Source: an uncultured Gemmatimonadales bacterium (GTDB lineage: Bacteria; Gemmatimonadota; Gemmatimonadetes; Gemmatimonadales; GWC2-71-9). Taken from it: a DNA stretch of 64,000 bases. Location: contig CAWGSK010000030.1 of NCBI GenBank assembly GCA_963825055.1, positions 75,208-139,207 of the forward strand, written 5' to 3'. Each line of letters begins with the position of its first letter. Position 1 is the stretch's first letter. This document shows positions 39,673 to 49,786 of this stretch, one piece after another. The position numbers were made by a program, and so were the translations under genes. The notes under the pieces were generated by a model. The model made no database searches and was not told the origin of the DNA. It saw only the letters and a list, made by a program, of their open reading frames with translations.

Positions 39673-39939
39673 ATGTTTGGATGGCTCGCTCTCGCGGCAA
39701 CCGTGGCCGCCACTGTCGGCGGATTTCTCGTCGCCCGGAATTTCGTCCGGCGCCGCCTCCGCTTCGTTGACGCGGCCTACTCGCCGGTCGCACCCTTCCT
39801 GGCCGGTCTCCTGGCGGCGATGATCGCGTGGCCGGTGGCGATCCTGCCGATCATCACCACGACCACCAGTGCGCTGTTCGGCATCGGGGTCGGCCTCGGC
39901 ACGGCCAGCGGCGTCAAAGCCCTCAAACGGGGTACCTGA
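39673..39939 (+). CDS. Hypothetical small membrane protein
   Basis: 88 aa with 3 hydrophobic segments and FVRRRLRFVDA. Confidence 0.7.
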   Translation: MFGWLALAATVAATVGGFLVARNFVRRRLRFVDAAYSPVAPFLAGLLAAMIAWPVAILPIITTTTSALFGIGVGLGTASGVKALKRGT

Positions 39940-39947
39940 CAGGCCGA

Positions 39948-39977
39948 CCGCCTTGTCCGTCCTGTCCGTCCGTGCCG
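39948..39977. repeat. Short CCGTCCTGT-type tandem repeat
   Basis: ccgccttgt ccgtcctgt ccgtccgtg between convergent stops. Confidence 0.55.
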
Positions 39978-39978
39978 A

Positions 39979-40236
39979 TCAGGCGGTGGGCAACTCTCCA
40001 CCGCCCGGCTCCTCAAACAGGAATCGCTCCATGTTCCCGTACAGGAACTGCTTGGCTTCCGGGTCCCGGACGTCGAGCGCGTAGTGGTTGATCAGTTGTT
40101 TCTGGAGGTTGAGCCATTCGGCCCAGCAGACCTGGCAGATCGAGGCATAGACACGCCGGCCGAGGTCATTCTGGAACGGCTGGAACCCCATCTGGTCGCG
40201 GTCCTGGCCGCATCGACTGCAGGAAATGGTTGCCAT
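39979..40236 (-). CDS. yggX: Fe(II)-trafficking/oxidative damage protection protein
   Basis: CSRCG, PF.NDLG.R, ICQVCW.EW...Q.QLINH. Confidence 0.88.
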   Translation of the reverse strand: MATISCSRCGQDRDQMGFQPFQNDLGRRVYASICQVCWAEWLNLQKQLINHYALDVRDPEAKQFLYGNMERFLFEEPGGGELPTA

Positions 40237-40249
40237 GGTGGAAAGATAG

Positions 40250-41248
40250 CTACCACGTGGTGCCGAGCCGGAAGATGGCATCGATCCCCGGGCCGGTCGG
40301 TGAGACGTCCTCGGTCATCCCCACCCGCCATTGCCGCCCACCCTTCGTCCTGAGTATCCAGCCGAAATCGAGCGAGATCTGCCGGCGGTCAAGTTCCGCG
40401 AAACCGGTGCCCTCGTAGACCGGCGTGTGATAGTAGAAGGTACCGAACGCCGAGAGCCTGCCCACCAGAGTGAACCGAAGCCCGGTCGTCACCTGCCCGA
40501 ACCATTCCCGCTGGTATGCCTGCAGGTCTCCGTGCCCCGGGCTCCAGCCGGCTCCCACGCTGGATTCCCATAACGCCCCGCTTCCGAGCGGCACGCGCGC
40601 GACGTTCACCAGAGCCAGCCCGACCGTACCCCGCCCGTAGCCGTCGGGGCCGGTATGGCTGGGCACGGTCGCTGTCAGGGTGCTCTGGAGCCGGTCGGAG
40701 TGCCGCCGGGTCGCTGAGAGGCGGGCATCGCCCAGGGCAAGGTCGACGGGCTGGCGGTCGATGCTCGAGCCATCAGGGAACTGACCAGTCCAGGCAAAGG
40801 CATCCCTGGGCCGACGGTCCCGGGCCGGAATCGAGAACCCGAAGAGATCGTGATACCAGTTGAAGAACCCGTCCATCCAGCCGGCATAGGCGCCTTCCAG
40901 CGCGGCAGAGGCCTCCAGGTGGTACCGCCGGCCGATGTCATGCCCCGCGCTGAAATCCACACGGAGAAGTTCGGCATCGAGGAGATACTCGCGGGAGCCG
41001 GCGCGATCCGACTCGATGGCGCTCGCGTAGTCGAGCCCCAGCGACCACGTCCAGTGCGGCGACCCATCGCTCCATGCCGCAAACCCAAGCGGGCTTCGAC
41101 TCGCCACTGCCGGGTTGATCGGACGGAATGCGGGCAGGCCGGACTGGGCCTCGACCCGTCCTGCCGGGAGCAGCACGAACCACAGCAGTGCCGCCGCGCG
41201 ACAGGTGCGCGACGGCCACGCGCGATGAAGCACAACAACCTCGTTCAT
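40250..41248 (-). CDS. DUF3187-like outer-membrane protein
   Basis: Signal-like N-terminus, LDAE, GWMDGFFNWYHDLFG, MTED...D, terminal W. Confidence 0.7.
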   Translation of the reverse strand: MNEVVVLHRAWPSRTCRAAALLWFVLLPAGRVEAQSGLPAFRPINPAVASRSPLGFAAWSDGSPHWTWSLGLDYASAIESDRAGSREYLLDAELLRVDFSAGHDIGRRYHLEASAALEGAYAGWMDGFFNWYHDLFGFSIPARDRRPRDAFAWTGQFPDGSSIDRQPVDLALGDARLSATRRHSDRLQSTLTATVPSHTGPDGYGRGTVGLALVNVARVPLGSGALWESSVGAGWSPGHGDLQAYQREWFGQVTTGLRFTLVGRLSAFGTFYYHTPVYEGTGFAELDRRQISLDFGWILRTKGGRQWRVGMTEDVSPTGPGIDAIFRLGTTW

Positions 41249-41278
41249 GAGCCGGGATGGTCAGGCAGGATAAACGAC

Positions 41279-41306
41279 GGGCGCCGGGAGTGGAATCCCG
41301 GCGCCC
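41279..41306 (-). terminator. Hairpin, probable terminator of the ECF-PDZ operon
   Basis: GGGCGCCGGGA-N6-TCCCGGCGCCC perfect 11-bp stem. Confidence 0.55.
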
Positions 41307-41348
41307 AGGTGATCTGGTGTGTCGCGTGAAGGCATGACTCGGAGTCGG

Positions 41349-41382
41349 CCGTCCTGTCCGCCAGTCCGTCTTGTCGCCTGTT
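41349..41382. repeat. Short CCGTCCTGT-type tandem repeat, second copy
   Basis: ccgtcctgt ccgccagt ccgtcttgt cgcctgtt, immediately after the PDZ gene stop. Confidence 0.55.
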
Positions 41383-41384
41383 GC

Positions 41385-42233
41385 TCAGGGATTGACGGTA
41401 ATCGAGTGGCGCTTGTGCATCCGCATGATGTCCAGGCGGATCGGCTCGCCGGGCTGGTAGCTGCGGAGAATCCGGAGGAGGTGCCCGGGACTGGTCGGCT
41501 CACGGCCGTCCACCGACAGGACGACGTCCCCCGGTTCGAGGTCGAGGCGCGAGCGCTCCGGAACGCGGATCACGAGCACGCCATCCCGGACGCCGAAGTA
41601 GCGCCCCAGGCCGGGGTTCATCGGTGCCAGTTCGAGATCGCTGACACCGAAGCGGTAGACGGAGAGCTGGCCGAAGGGCGCGCCGGGATCGTCGCGCATG
41701 AACGGCGCGCCCACGCGATCCCGGACCTCCATCGACGGCGAAAAGACGCTGGAGTCGGTGTTGACCGTATAGCCGTATGCCAGCTCCGGCGATTCGTCCG
41801 CCACGAGACGGGCCGTATGACGGGCGGTCCCGCGGCGATAGACCAGCGATACCGTATCACCGGGCTCGATGCGGGCGGCGAGTTCGATGAGCTGCATGCC
41901 TGGCGTGGAGGCACCACCGGGAAGCCGCTGCGCCCGCGTGAGCACGGCACCGTTCATCGCCGTGATAATGTCGCCCGAGCGTATCCCGGCACGCGCTGCC
42001 GGCCCGCCCGGCGTCACTGCCGAGACCAGGGCGCCCGTCGAGTCGGCCGCCTGGGTATCAATGATGACTCCGATGCGGCCGCGGCGGCTGACGAACCACT
42101 CGATCACCTGCTGGGGGCCGGGGGTTGCCACGTATTGCCGGACCCGGGTGCTGTCCCGCACCTGTCCGTGGCCTGCGGAGGGAATGATCAACGCCAGGGC
42201 CACCAGTCCCGTGGCCAGCATGCCGAACCGCAT
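41385..42233 (-). CDS. Secreted two-PDZ-domain protein
   Basis: Signal peptide; RIGV..., GGPAARAGIRSGDII, LEPGDVVLSVDG; no protease domain visible. Confidence 0.85.
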   Translation of the reverse strand: MRFGMLATGLVALALIIPSAGHGQVRDSTRVRQYVATPGPQQVIEWFVSRRGRIGVIIDTQAADSTGALVSAVTPGGPAARAGIRSGDIITAMNGAVLTRAQRLPGGASTPGMQLIELAARIEPGDTVSLVYRRGTARHTARLVADESPELAYGYTVNTDSSVFSPSMEVRDRVGAPFMRDDPGAPFGQLSVYRFGVSDLELAPMNPGLGRYFGVRDGVLVIRVPERSRLDLEPGDVVLSVDGREPTSPGHLLRILRSYQPGEPIRLDIMRMHKRHSITVNP

Positions 42234-42841
42234 CAGAGCCCCACCGCGCTCGCCTTGGTCACGTGGACATCGACCAGGGCATCCAGCAGGCCCACGCGCT
42301 CGCGCCACAGCCGCAGCAGTTCCTCGTCGCGGCGGCTGTCCCGCTGAAGCTGGGCGGCTTCCAGCCGCCGGTCCAGCACCGAGATCCGTCCTTCGAGCTC
42401 GTCGGCCATCCGGGCCGTATGACCGTCCAGGACCCTCCGCTCCGGCCCGTAGCGCCTGATCGCGTCTTCCAGCGTGGCCGACTCGGCCTGCGCCTGGCTG
42501 ATGGCCCGCGTCATGGCGGTCTCGGCCACCGGAGCATTCCCCGAACCGCCGATGAGCACGGCCAGCACGAGCGAAGCCGCCAGCGCGAAACTGGCCACGG
42601 CGCCCCACCGTGCATGCCGGATACGGCGGTCGGCCTGGAGGCGGGCACGAACCGCGGGCCAGCGGTCGCGCGGCGGCCGCAGCGCTGGAAGCGCCTTCAG
42701 CCGCGCCACGCGCTGGTGCAGTCGCTCGAGCTCGACCCGGCAGGCCGCGCACGTGGCGAGGTGCGCCTGGATATCCGCGCGACCGGGCCCCGCAAAGGGC
42801 TCCCGAGCCTCGACGAGCTGGTCCATGGTGAGGTGGGTCAT
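42233..42841 (-). CDS. Zinc-finger anti-sigma factor
   Basis: HLATCAAC, one TM, LW.ERV.LL helical tail; coupled to sigma gene. Confidence 0.8.
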   Translation of the reverse strand: MTHLTMDQLVEAREPFAGPGRADIQAHLATCAACRVELERLHQRVARLKALPALRPPRDRWPAVRARLQADRRIRHARWGAVASFALAASLVLAVLIGGSGNAPVAETAMTRAISQAQAESATLEDAIRRYGPERRVLDGHTARMADELEGRISVLDRRLEAAQLQRDSRRDEELLRLWRERVGLLDALVDVHVTKASAVGL

Positions 42842-43377
42842 ACGTCCTGCTCCTCCCCCAGCCAGCGCCGGAGCCGGGCATGCGCTCGCGCCAGCTGGGA
42901 CTTCGAAAAACTCACGGTCTTGCCCATCATGTCGCCGATTTCTTCATGCGTATATCCCTCGACGTCATGCAGCCATACCACGGCGCGCGACGTCTCGGGG
43001 AGCCGCTCGAGGGCGGCTTCCAGATCCATCCGGAGCAGGCCGTCCTCACGCCGCCCCGGATGCAGTTCGTCCTGCAGTTCATCCGTGTCCCGGTACCGGT
43101 TGCGCCGCAACCGCATCAGGGCCTTGCTGCTGGCGATCGTCCGGATCCATGACCAGAGGCTTCCCTGACCCCTGAACTGGTGCAGGCTGCGGCAGACCTC
43201 GAAGAAGGTCTCCTGCAGCACGTCCTCCGCATCCTCGGCGGTGCGACAGATGCGCCGCGCGATGGCGTAGACTGGCGCCTCATAGGCCCGGAATACCTGC
43301 TCGAGCGCCTCGGGGTCCCCTTTCCGGGCCCGGGCCAGTACGGCTTCCGCATTCGCGATCGCGTAGACAGTGGTCAT
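42838..43377 (-). CDS. ECF sigma factor
   Basis: DAEDVLQETF, WIRTIA, LHDVEGYTHEEIG, SKSQLARA. Confidence 0.92.
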   Translation of the reverse strand: MTTVYAIANAEAVLARARKGDPEALEQVFRAYEAPVYAIARRICRTAEDAEDVLQETFFEVCRSLHQFRGQGSLWSWIRTIASSKALMRLRRNRYRDTDELQDELHPGRREDGLLRMDLEAALERLPETSRAVVWLHDVEGYTHEEIGDMMGKTVSFSKSQLARAHARLRRWLGEEQDV

Positions 43378-43385
43378 CGCCTTAA

Positions 43386-43413
43386 AGATGCGCTGGTCAG
43401 CCGCAGCGTTGCA
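43386..43413 (-). promoter_or_regulatory. Candidate ECF autoregulatory promoter
   Basis: Minus strand TGCAAC-N17-CATCT, 8 nt before ATG 43377. Confidence 0.4.
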
Positions 43414-43433
43414 GGGGCAGGAGGACCGGTAGC

Positions 43434-43448
43434 GTTTCATTATGAAAC
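43434..43448. promoter_or_regulatory. AT-rich 7-1-7 palindrome, candidate operator
   Basis: GTTTCAT-T-ATGAAAC between the divergent ECF and VIT1 genes. Confidence 0.45.
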
Positions 43449-43512
43449 CTATGCGCAGCCACCCATCCTCCCCTGGAGCCACCAGCGAGGGCCGACGGTT
43501 ACATTGCGCCGC

Positions 43513-44628
43513 ATGTCAGACGCCCCATCGGATTGGGTGCACCACCTCGAGGACGAGGCGGACGCAGCCTTCATGTATCGCGAACTCGCCGTGATCGAGG
43601 AAGATCCGAAGCGGGCCGGTATTTTCCGCCGTCTCGCCGAGGTGGAAGACCGGCACGTCGTCCTGTGGCGAAAGCTGCTTGAGGAGCAGGGGCACAGGGT
43701 CCCGGACCATTCGCCGGGCCTCCGTGCCCGGGGGATGGTCTGGGTCGCAAAACGGTTCGGCGCCGGCACCGTCCTGCCGATGCTGCTTGAGGAGGAGGGT
43801 CGCGAGGTCAAGGGTTACCTGGACCTTTATCGTGACGCCCCCGATGGCGCGACCGGGCCCACGGCCCTTCGCCTTGCCCGGGAATCAGCCGAGCACGCCG
43901 AGTCCCTCGCCCGGATTCAGGGGTCCAGCAGCGAGCCCTGGCACAAGACCGGGGCGGGCGGCTTCCTGCGGAACGTGGTCTACGGGTTCAATGATGGCCT
44001 GACGGCCAACTTCGGCCTTGTCGCCGGGATGATCGGCGCGCAGTCCAGCTTCGGGACCGCCGCTCACGCAGTCCTCGTCGCCGGACTCGCGGGCATGGTG
44101 GCCGACGCACTCTCGATGGGCAGTTCGGGCTATCTCGCGGCCAAGAGCGAGCGCGAAGTGTTCGAGCACGAGATCGCGATGGAGAAGGAGGAGATCCGGC
44201 TGATGCCTGAAGTGGAGCGCGAGGAACTGTCGCTGCTCTACCAGGCGAAGGGAATCCCGGAGGAGCAGGCGGACGCCATCGCGACCCAGGTCATGCTGGA
44301 CCCGGAACGCGCTTTGGAGGAGAAGGTCCGCGAGGAGCTCAAGATCGGTGAGGCGACCACCACCCCACTGCGCGAGGGCTGGATCACCGGCAGCGCAACC
44401 ATGGTTGGCGCCCTGATCCCCGTCGCCCCGTTCCTCTTCCTGCACGGCGCTGCGGCCATCTGGACGGCCTTCGTCGCGGCCATGCTCTCCCACTTCCTCG
44501 TTGGCGCGGCCCGGAGCTTCTTCACCGGCCGTGGCATCTTCCGCAGCGGGTTCGACATGTTCGTGGTCGGGCTCGGCGTGGCGGGCGCGGGGTATCTGGT
44601 CGGGGAGATGATCGTCAGGATGCTGTGA
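43513..44628 (+). CDS. VIT1/CCC1 transporter with N-terminal ferritin/rubrerythrin-like domain
   Basis: E..AA..Y, LAEVEDRH, ESAEH; VYGFNDGL, ALSMGSSGYL. Confidence 0.9.
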   Translation: MSDAPSDWVHHLEDEADAAFMYRELAVIEEDPKRAGIFRRLAEVEDRHVVLWRKLLEEQGHRVPDHSPGLRARGMVWVAKRFGAGTVLPMLLEEEGREVKGYLDLYRDAPDGATGPTALRLARESAEHAESLARIQGSSSEPWHKTGAGGFLRNVVYGFNDGLTANFGLVAGMIGAQSSFGTAAHAVLVAGLAGMVADALSMGSSGYLAAKSEREVFEHEIAMEKEEIRLMPEVEREELSLLYQAKGIPEEQADAIATQVMLDPERALEEKVREELKIGEATTTPLREGWITGSATMVGALIPVAPFLFLHGAAAIWTAFVAAMLSHFLVGAARSFFTGRGIFRSGFDMFVVGLGVAGAGYLVGEMIVRML

Positions 44629-44630
44629 AC

Positions 44631-44710
44631 AGCAGTGATTAGTGTTTCCGGGCCGGCTCCCACCCTGAAGCACTACGCACTACTCACTACTCACTACGCA
44701 CTATTCACTG
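44631..44710. repeat. 7-nt tandem repeat (CACTACT) inverted array
   Basis: agcagtg attagtg ... cactacg cactact cactact cactacg cactatt cactg, between convergent stops. Confidence 0.85.
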
Positions 44711-45612
44711 CCCCTCACCACCTTCACCCCCCTCCGCCGCTTCACCAGTTCTGCTCCGCTGATACAGGCCGCGAGCCATACCGTGCCGGCGGCGAAACCC
44801 GCGACGACGTCACTGAAGTAGTGCACCCCCAGGTACATCCGGCTGAACCCGATGAAAATGGTCCAGACGATCGCGGCGACGATAACGGTGTTACGGGTTC
44901 CGCGCCCCGGCACCAGGGAAATGATGACGTAGGCCAGCATGCCGGATGCAATCAGGGTGGACATGGAATGTCCGCTCGGGAAACTCCAGCTTCCGGCCGT
45001 GATGAACGGATTGGGGAAGACCGGCCGGGGGCGCTCGAACATGGACTTGAGCCCGTAGTTCAGGACCCCTCCCCCCACCATCGCGACCGTCCAGGCGATG
45101 GCCAGGATGCGCTCCTTCCGGGCCAGGAGCGTGACCAGGACCACGACACCCAGGATGCCGAGCGCCGTGCCCGACCCGAGATTGGTGAGCGCCCGGAGGG
45201 CGTTCACGCCCCCCTCGGTCGCGGCTCCATGCAGTGCATTGGCCAGGGCCAGGTCGAACCGGACCATCGCGGCGCGGCCGGTGACGGCTGCCGCCAGCCG
45301 CACGAAGCCGATGGCCGCGAGGCTCGCCACCAGGCCGACCGCCAGGTGGGCCAGCAGGTACTCGGAGGGAGTCAGGCGGTGCAGGAATCGCCGCAGGCGG
45401 GGGGCCCGGCCGGCGGTGTAGCTGAGGGGAGGATGGGTCACGGCCCAGCGCCATCCGCGAACCGCCGCGGACCAGAGACGTCCGCGGTTGCCTATTACCA
45501 CGCTGCCGAGCACGAGCGCGGCGAGCGAGGTCATCGCGAGAATGACGGCAACCAGCCCGAGGACGAGGAACGGATGCGACCCGATCCGGGTGGCCAGTTC
45601 CTCCAGCGTCAC
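44701..45612 (-). CDS. PAP2-family phosphatase
   Basis: K.MFERPRP, SFPSGHS, SRMYLGVHYFSDV. Confidence 0.92.
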   Translation of the reverse strand: MTLEELATRIGSHPFLVLGLVAVILAMTSLAALVLGSVVIGNRGRLWSAAVRGWRWAVTHPPLSYTAGRAPRLRRFLHRLTPSEYLLAHLAVGLVASLAAIGFVRLAAAVTGRAAMVRFDLALANALHGAATEGGVNALRALTNLGSGTALGILGVVVLVTLLARKERILAIAWTVAMVGGGVLNYGLKSMFERPRPVFPNPFITAGSWSFPSGHSMSTLIASGMLAYVIISLVPGRGTRNTVIVAAIVWTIFIGFSRMYLGVHYFSDVVAGFAAGTVWLAACISGAELVKRRRGVKVVRGSE

Positions 45613-45624
45613 GGCGCCCCCCGC

Positions 45625-48003
45625 TCAGCCCACGACGAGATTGAGCAGCCGGTTGGGCACGAGGATCTTCTTCCGGACCGACTGTCCCTCGACGAACCGC
45701 TGAATCGTGTGGTCGTCAAGAGCTGCGCGGACCACGGCATCCTCTCCCGCGTCCCGTGCCACGGTCACGCGCGAGCGCGTCTTGCCATTCACCTGGATCA
45801 CCACCTCCACCTCGTCCTCGACCAGTGCGGCCGGGTCGTGCACCGGCCACACCCCGCCGAAGACGCTGGGCGTTTCCCCGAGTCGCTGCCAGCACTCCTC
45901 GGCGAAGTGCGGGGCAAAGGGGGCGAGCAGGACGACCAGGTCCCGCACCACCGGCCGCGGCGCCTGGCTGTGCTCCCGCAGCACGTTTACCAGTTCCATC
46001 ATCGCGGCAATCGCGGTGTTGTAGTGCAGGGATTCGATGTCCTCGGTCACCTTGCGGATGGTCTGGTGCCACTTGGTCCGGACCGGGGCCACCATCGCCC
46101 CGTCCTCGCCCGCAGCCTCGCCGACCAGCGCCCAGACCTTGTCCAGGAAGCGCCGGATACCACTGATGCCAGCGTCGCGAAAGTCCCCGCCCTCGAGAAA
46201 CGGCCCGAGAAACATGAGGTACATGCGGAACGTGTCCGCACCCCATGCCTCGATGTAGTCGTCGGGCACCACCACGTTCCCCCGCGACTTGGACATCTTG
46301 GCCCCGTCCTTCACGATGAGGCCATGGGCGCGGAACCGGGTGAACGGCTCCTCGAACTCGAGCAGCCCCCTGTCATGCAGCACCATCGTAATGAAGCGGG
46401 AATAGAGCATGTGGAGAACCGCATGCTCGTTGCCGCCGATGTAGCTGTCGACCGGGAGCCAGGTCCGGGTCAGCGCTCCATCGAATGCGACATCGTCACG
46501 GTCACTCGATGGGTAGCGCAGGAAATACCACGCCGAGTCGAGGAACGTGTCGCTGACGTCCGTCTCCCGCCGTGCCCGGCCGCCGCAGGTGGGGCAGTCG
46601 ACGTAGTACCACTCCTCATGCCGCGCCAGCGGCGAGACCCCCGAATCGTCCGGGCGGAAGTCCTCGATGGCCGGGAGGAGCACGGGAAGATCCGACTCCG
46701 GCACGGGCACCGTCCCGCACGCATCGCAGTAGATGATCGGGATGGGGGGTCCCCAGTACCGCTGCCGGGAGATGCACCAGTCGTGCAGGCGGTACTGCAC
46801 CCGGGGCGTCGCGGCCCCGCGCTCCGCCAGCCAGGCCAGAATGGCGGGGATGGCGTCCGCGGCCGGCATCCCGTCGAACGCACCGGAATGGACGAGCCGC
46901 CCGTCCTCGCCTATCACCTGCACCACGGGCAGGTCGTGGACCCCGGCGAATTCGAGGTCGCGCTCGTCGTGTGCGGGCACGGCCATGATGGCGCCGGTGC
47001 CGTATTCCATCAGCACGTAATCGGCAATCCAGACGGGGACGCGCTCGCCCGTGGCCGGGTTGATCGCGTAGCCTCCGGTGAAGACGCCGGTCTTGGCCCG
47101 GTCGCCGATCTTCCGGGAGACCAGGTCGCGTGACGCGACCTCGGCCCGGTACGCCTCGACCGCGGCGCGCTGTTCGTCCGTGGTGAGTTCATCCACCCGC
47201 GGGTGTTCCGGCGCCAGCACCATGAAGGTGGCCCCGAACGTCGTGTCGGGCCGCGTCGTGAAGACCCGGATCGGCCCGGCGCCCTCGACCGCGAAGTCCA
47301 CCTCACCGCCCTCGGAGCGCCCGATCCAGTTGCGCTGGGCGGTGCGGGTCGTGTCGGACCAGTCCAGCGTATCCAGGTTGTCGAGCAGCCGGCCGGCGTA
47401 TTCGGTGATGCGGAAAAACCACTGCTCCAGCGAGCGCTGCTCCACCAGGGTCTCAGGATGGCGTTCGCAGTAGCCCGCGATCACCTGCTCGTTGGCGAGG
47501 ACGGTCTTGCACTCCGGGCACCAGTTGACCGCGGCCTTCTTACGGTAGGCCTTCCCTGCCTTGTAGAGCTGGAGGAAGAGCCACTGGGTCCAGCGATAGT
47601 ACTCCGGGTCCGTCGTCGAGAGGGCGTGACGCCAGTCGAACATGCCGCCGATGCGCGTGAGCTGGCGGCGGAAGGTCGCAATGTTCCGGGGGATGAGTTC
47701 GCCGGGATGGACCCCGAGCTTGATGGCAAAGTTCTCGCTGTGGATGCCGAAGGCGTCGAAGCCGATCGGCTCGAAGACGTCCCAGCCCTGCAGCCGGCGG
47801 AACCGGCCGAAGATGTCCGCCCCCGTGAATGCGAACATGTTGCCCACGTGCAGCCCCTCGGCCGACGGGTAGGGGAACATCATGAGGTTGTAGAACGGCC
47901 GGGAGGCATGATCGAGGTCCGGCTCGTTCACGTGGTGGTCGGCCCACCAGGCCTGCCAGCGCAGTTCGATCGCCGAGGGATCGTAGGACGTGGTCTCGCT
48001 CAT
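45625..48003 (-). CDS. leuS: Leucine--tRNA ligase
   Basis: MFPYPS, HVGN (HIGH), [34 protein letters not shown]. Confidence 0.97.
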   Translation of the reverse strand: MSETTSYDPSAIELRWQAWWADHHVNEPDLDHASRPFYNLMMFPYPSAEGLHVGNMFAFTGADIFGRFRRLQGWDVFEPIGFDAFGIHSENFAIKLGVHPGELIPRNIATFRRQLTRIGGMFDWRHALSTTDPEYYRWTQWLFLQLYKAGKAYRKKAAVNWCPECKTVLANEQVIAGYCERHPETLVEQRSLEQWFFRITEYAGRLLDNLDTLDWSDTTRTAQRNWIGRSEGGEVDFAVEGAGPIRVFTTRPDTTFGATFMVLAPEHPRVDELTTDEQRAAVEAYRAEVASRDLVSRKIGDRAKTGVFTGGYAINPATGERVPVWIADYVLMEYGTGAIMAVPAHDERDLEFAGVHDLPVVQVIGEDGRLVHSGAFDGMPAADAIPAILAWLAERGAATPRVQYRLHDWCISRQRYWGPPIPIIYCDACGTVPVPESDLPVLLPAIEDFRPDDSGVSPLARHEEWYYVDCPTCGGRARRETDVSDTFLDSAWYFLRYPSSDRDDVAFDGALTRTWLPVDSYIGGNEHAVLHMLYSRFITMVLHDRGLLEFEEPFTRFRAHGLIVKDGAKMSKSRGNVVVPDDYIEAWGADTFRMYLMFLGPFLEGGDFRDAGISGIRRFLDKVWALVGEAAGEDGAMVAPVRTKWHQTIRKVTEDIESLHYNTAIAAMMELVNVLREHSQAPRPVVRDLVVLLAPFAPHFAEECWQRLGETPSVFGGVWPVHDPAALVEDEVEVVIQVNGKTRSRVTVARDAGEDAVVRAALDDHTIQRFVEGQSVRKKILVPNRLLNLVVG

Positions 48004-48124
48004 GGCGGTCAATCTAGTCCGGGGCGAAACCCGCCCCAACCCCGCCCCGGGGCGCTTGCCCGCCCTCCGACCGGCCCCTAACTTTGCCAGGCCCCCTCCT
48101 CACCGGTCTCTGCTCCGGAGCTCC

Positions 48125-49786
48125 ATGCCTCGCACGCGTTTCAGGCTCACGCGCCTCATCTGGACCCTGAGCGCGGCCGCCACCCTTCTCCTGCTGGCCC
48201 TGAGCGGCTTCTTCATGGCCCGTGGGACCATCCTCATGGTGCGGTCCCGCACGGACGGCATGCTCGAGGAATACGCCGCCCGCACCACAGACCTGATCAA
48301 TCTTCGTCTGGCTTCCCTCGCACCCGGCAGCCTGACGGCCGATGCGGTGCCCCTGGTACTCCGCCTCCCCCCCACCAGGGACATCCAGGTGCAGGTGACC
48401 GATCCCGGCCATGCCGTGGCCCTCACCACCGACCCGGCCCTGACCAATCGTACACTGCCGGACGATGTCTACGCCCGCACTGGCGTCGCCGTGCATCGCA
48501 GGGCCTCCAGCGGCCTCGAGTCGATCGTGACCATGCCCCTCTCGGTACCAGGCTGGCATCTGGTCGCGCGGCAACCGCTGCGGAGCCCGGCGATGTTCAT
48601 GATGGACCTCGCCAGGCAGGTCTGGATTGAGTCCGTGGTGCTGCTCGCCCTGGCGGCCCTGGTCATGGCTTTCCTCGTCCGCTTCCTGCAACGGGCCGTT
48701 GTCGCGCCGCTGGCAGGGCTCGAAAACGTCGTGACCCGGGTGGCCCAGGGAGACCTCTCGGTCCAGTTGAACGATGACTTGAACTCCTCCCACGAGGTCT
48801 CCCAGCTCGTGCGGGGGGTCGGCTTCATGGTGGTGGAGTTGCGTACCCTCGCCCAGTCGATCCAGTCCGCGTCCACCGATGCGGCTACCCTCGCCATGCA
48901 GATCTCGGCGTCCACCCAGCAGATGTCCGCGTCAACGGAGGAAGTCGCCGGCACCTGCGGCGACCTGACCGATCGTGCCAACCGGCAGGCAGCGCTGGTT
49001 CGCGCCACCGCCGACGATGCTTCTCGCATTCTCGCCATTGCCAAGGAACTGGCACAGGGTGCCCAGGAGGCCGCCGAGCGCAACGCGGCGCTTGCCCGGC
49101 TGGCCCGGTCACACAAGGAACAGCTCGACGCAAGCTCCGCTCAGCTGGACCGTCTTGCGGGGGAGATCGAGCTCGGGGCCGACGAAGCCGAGGCTCTGAC
49201 CACGGCGTCGGAGGAGATCGAGAAGTTCGTGATCCAGACAAAGGCCATTGCCCGGCAGACGCACATGCTCGCACTGAATGCGGGTATCGAGGCAGCCCGG
49301 GCAGGGGCGGAAGGACGGGGATTCGCCGTGGTCGCGGAAGAGGTCCGCAAGCTGTCAGGCCAGGCCGCGCAATCGGCGACGAACACCAGCCAGACCGTCG
49401 AGGTGGTGCAAAGCCGCGTGCGGACCGCGCGCGAGCGACTGCTGCGACTGGCCCAGGGAGGGGTGGCCGCGCGGGACGCCGCGACGACGGCCGCACAGGG
49501 CCTCGGACGGGTAGCAAGCGAGGCCGAGGCCAACGACAGCTGGACCCAGTCCATTTCGGGCTCGGCGGGCGAAGTGAGCTCGCTCGTGGAAGGCATCGCC
49601 GACCGGATGGGGGCTATCACCGAGGGGACTGAGGAGTTTGCCGCGGCCGCCCAGGAAATCGCGGCCTCGGCGGAAGAGTTGAGTGCCTCGACGGTTGAGA
49701 TTGCCCACTCGGCGACCCAGCTCTCCGAGGCCTCCGGCCAGTTGACCGGCGCGGTCCGGCGCTTCCGGGTACGCGACGGGGACTAG
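48125..49786 (+). CDS. Methyl-accepting chemotaxis protein
   Basis: Two TMs, HAMP domain, [13 protein letters not shown]...[12 protein letters not shown]. Confidence 0.92.
   Translation: MPRTRFRLTRLIWTLSAAATLLLLALSGFFMARGTILMVRSRTDGMLEEYAARTTDLINLRLASLAPGSLTADAVPLVLRLPPTRDIQVQVTDPGHAVALTTDPALTNRTLPDDVYARTGVAVHRRASSGLESIVTMPLSVPGWHLVARQPLRSPAMFMMDLARQVWIESVVLLALAALVMAFLVRFLQRAVVAPLAGLENVVTRVAQGDLSVQLNDDLNSSHEVSQLVRGVGFMVVELRTLAQSIQSASTDAATLAMQISASTQQMSASTEEVAGTCGDLTDRANRQAALVRATADDASRILAIAKELAQGAQEAAERNAALARLARSHKEQLDASSAQLDRLAGEIELGADEAEALTTASEEIEKFVIQTKAIARQTHMLALNAGIEAARAGAEGRGFAVVAEEVRKLSGQAAQSATNTSQTVEVVQSRVRTARERLLRLAQGGVAARDAATTAAQGLGRVASEAEANDSWTQSISGSAGEVSSLVEGIADRMGAITEGTEEFAAAAQEIAASAEELSASTVEIAHSATQLSEASGQLTGAVRRFRVRDGD

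Noticed and set aside
44635..47133. 832-aa plus-strand ORF and many other long antisense or alternate-frame ORFs (e.g. 5129-6694, 16337-18169, 23409-25085, 32834-34408)
   Set aside because: Shadow ORFs of well-supported genes, expected from high-GC codon bias; no recognisable motifs
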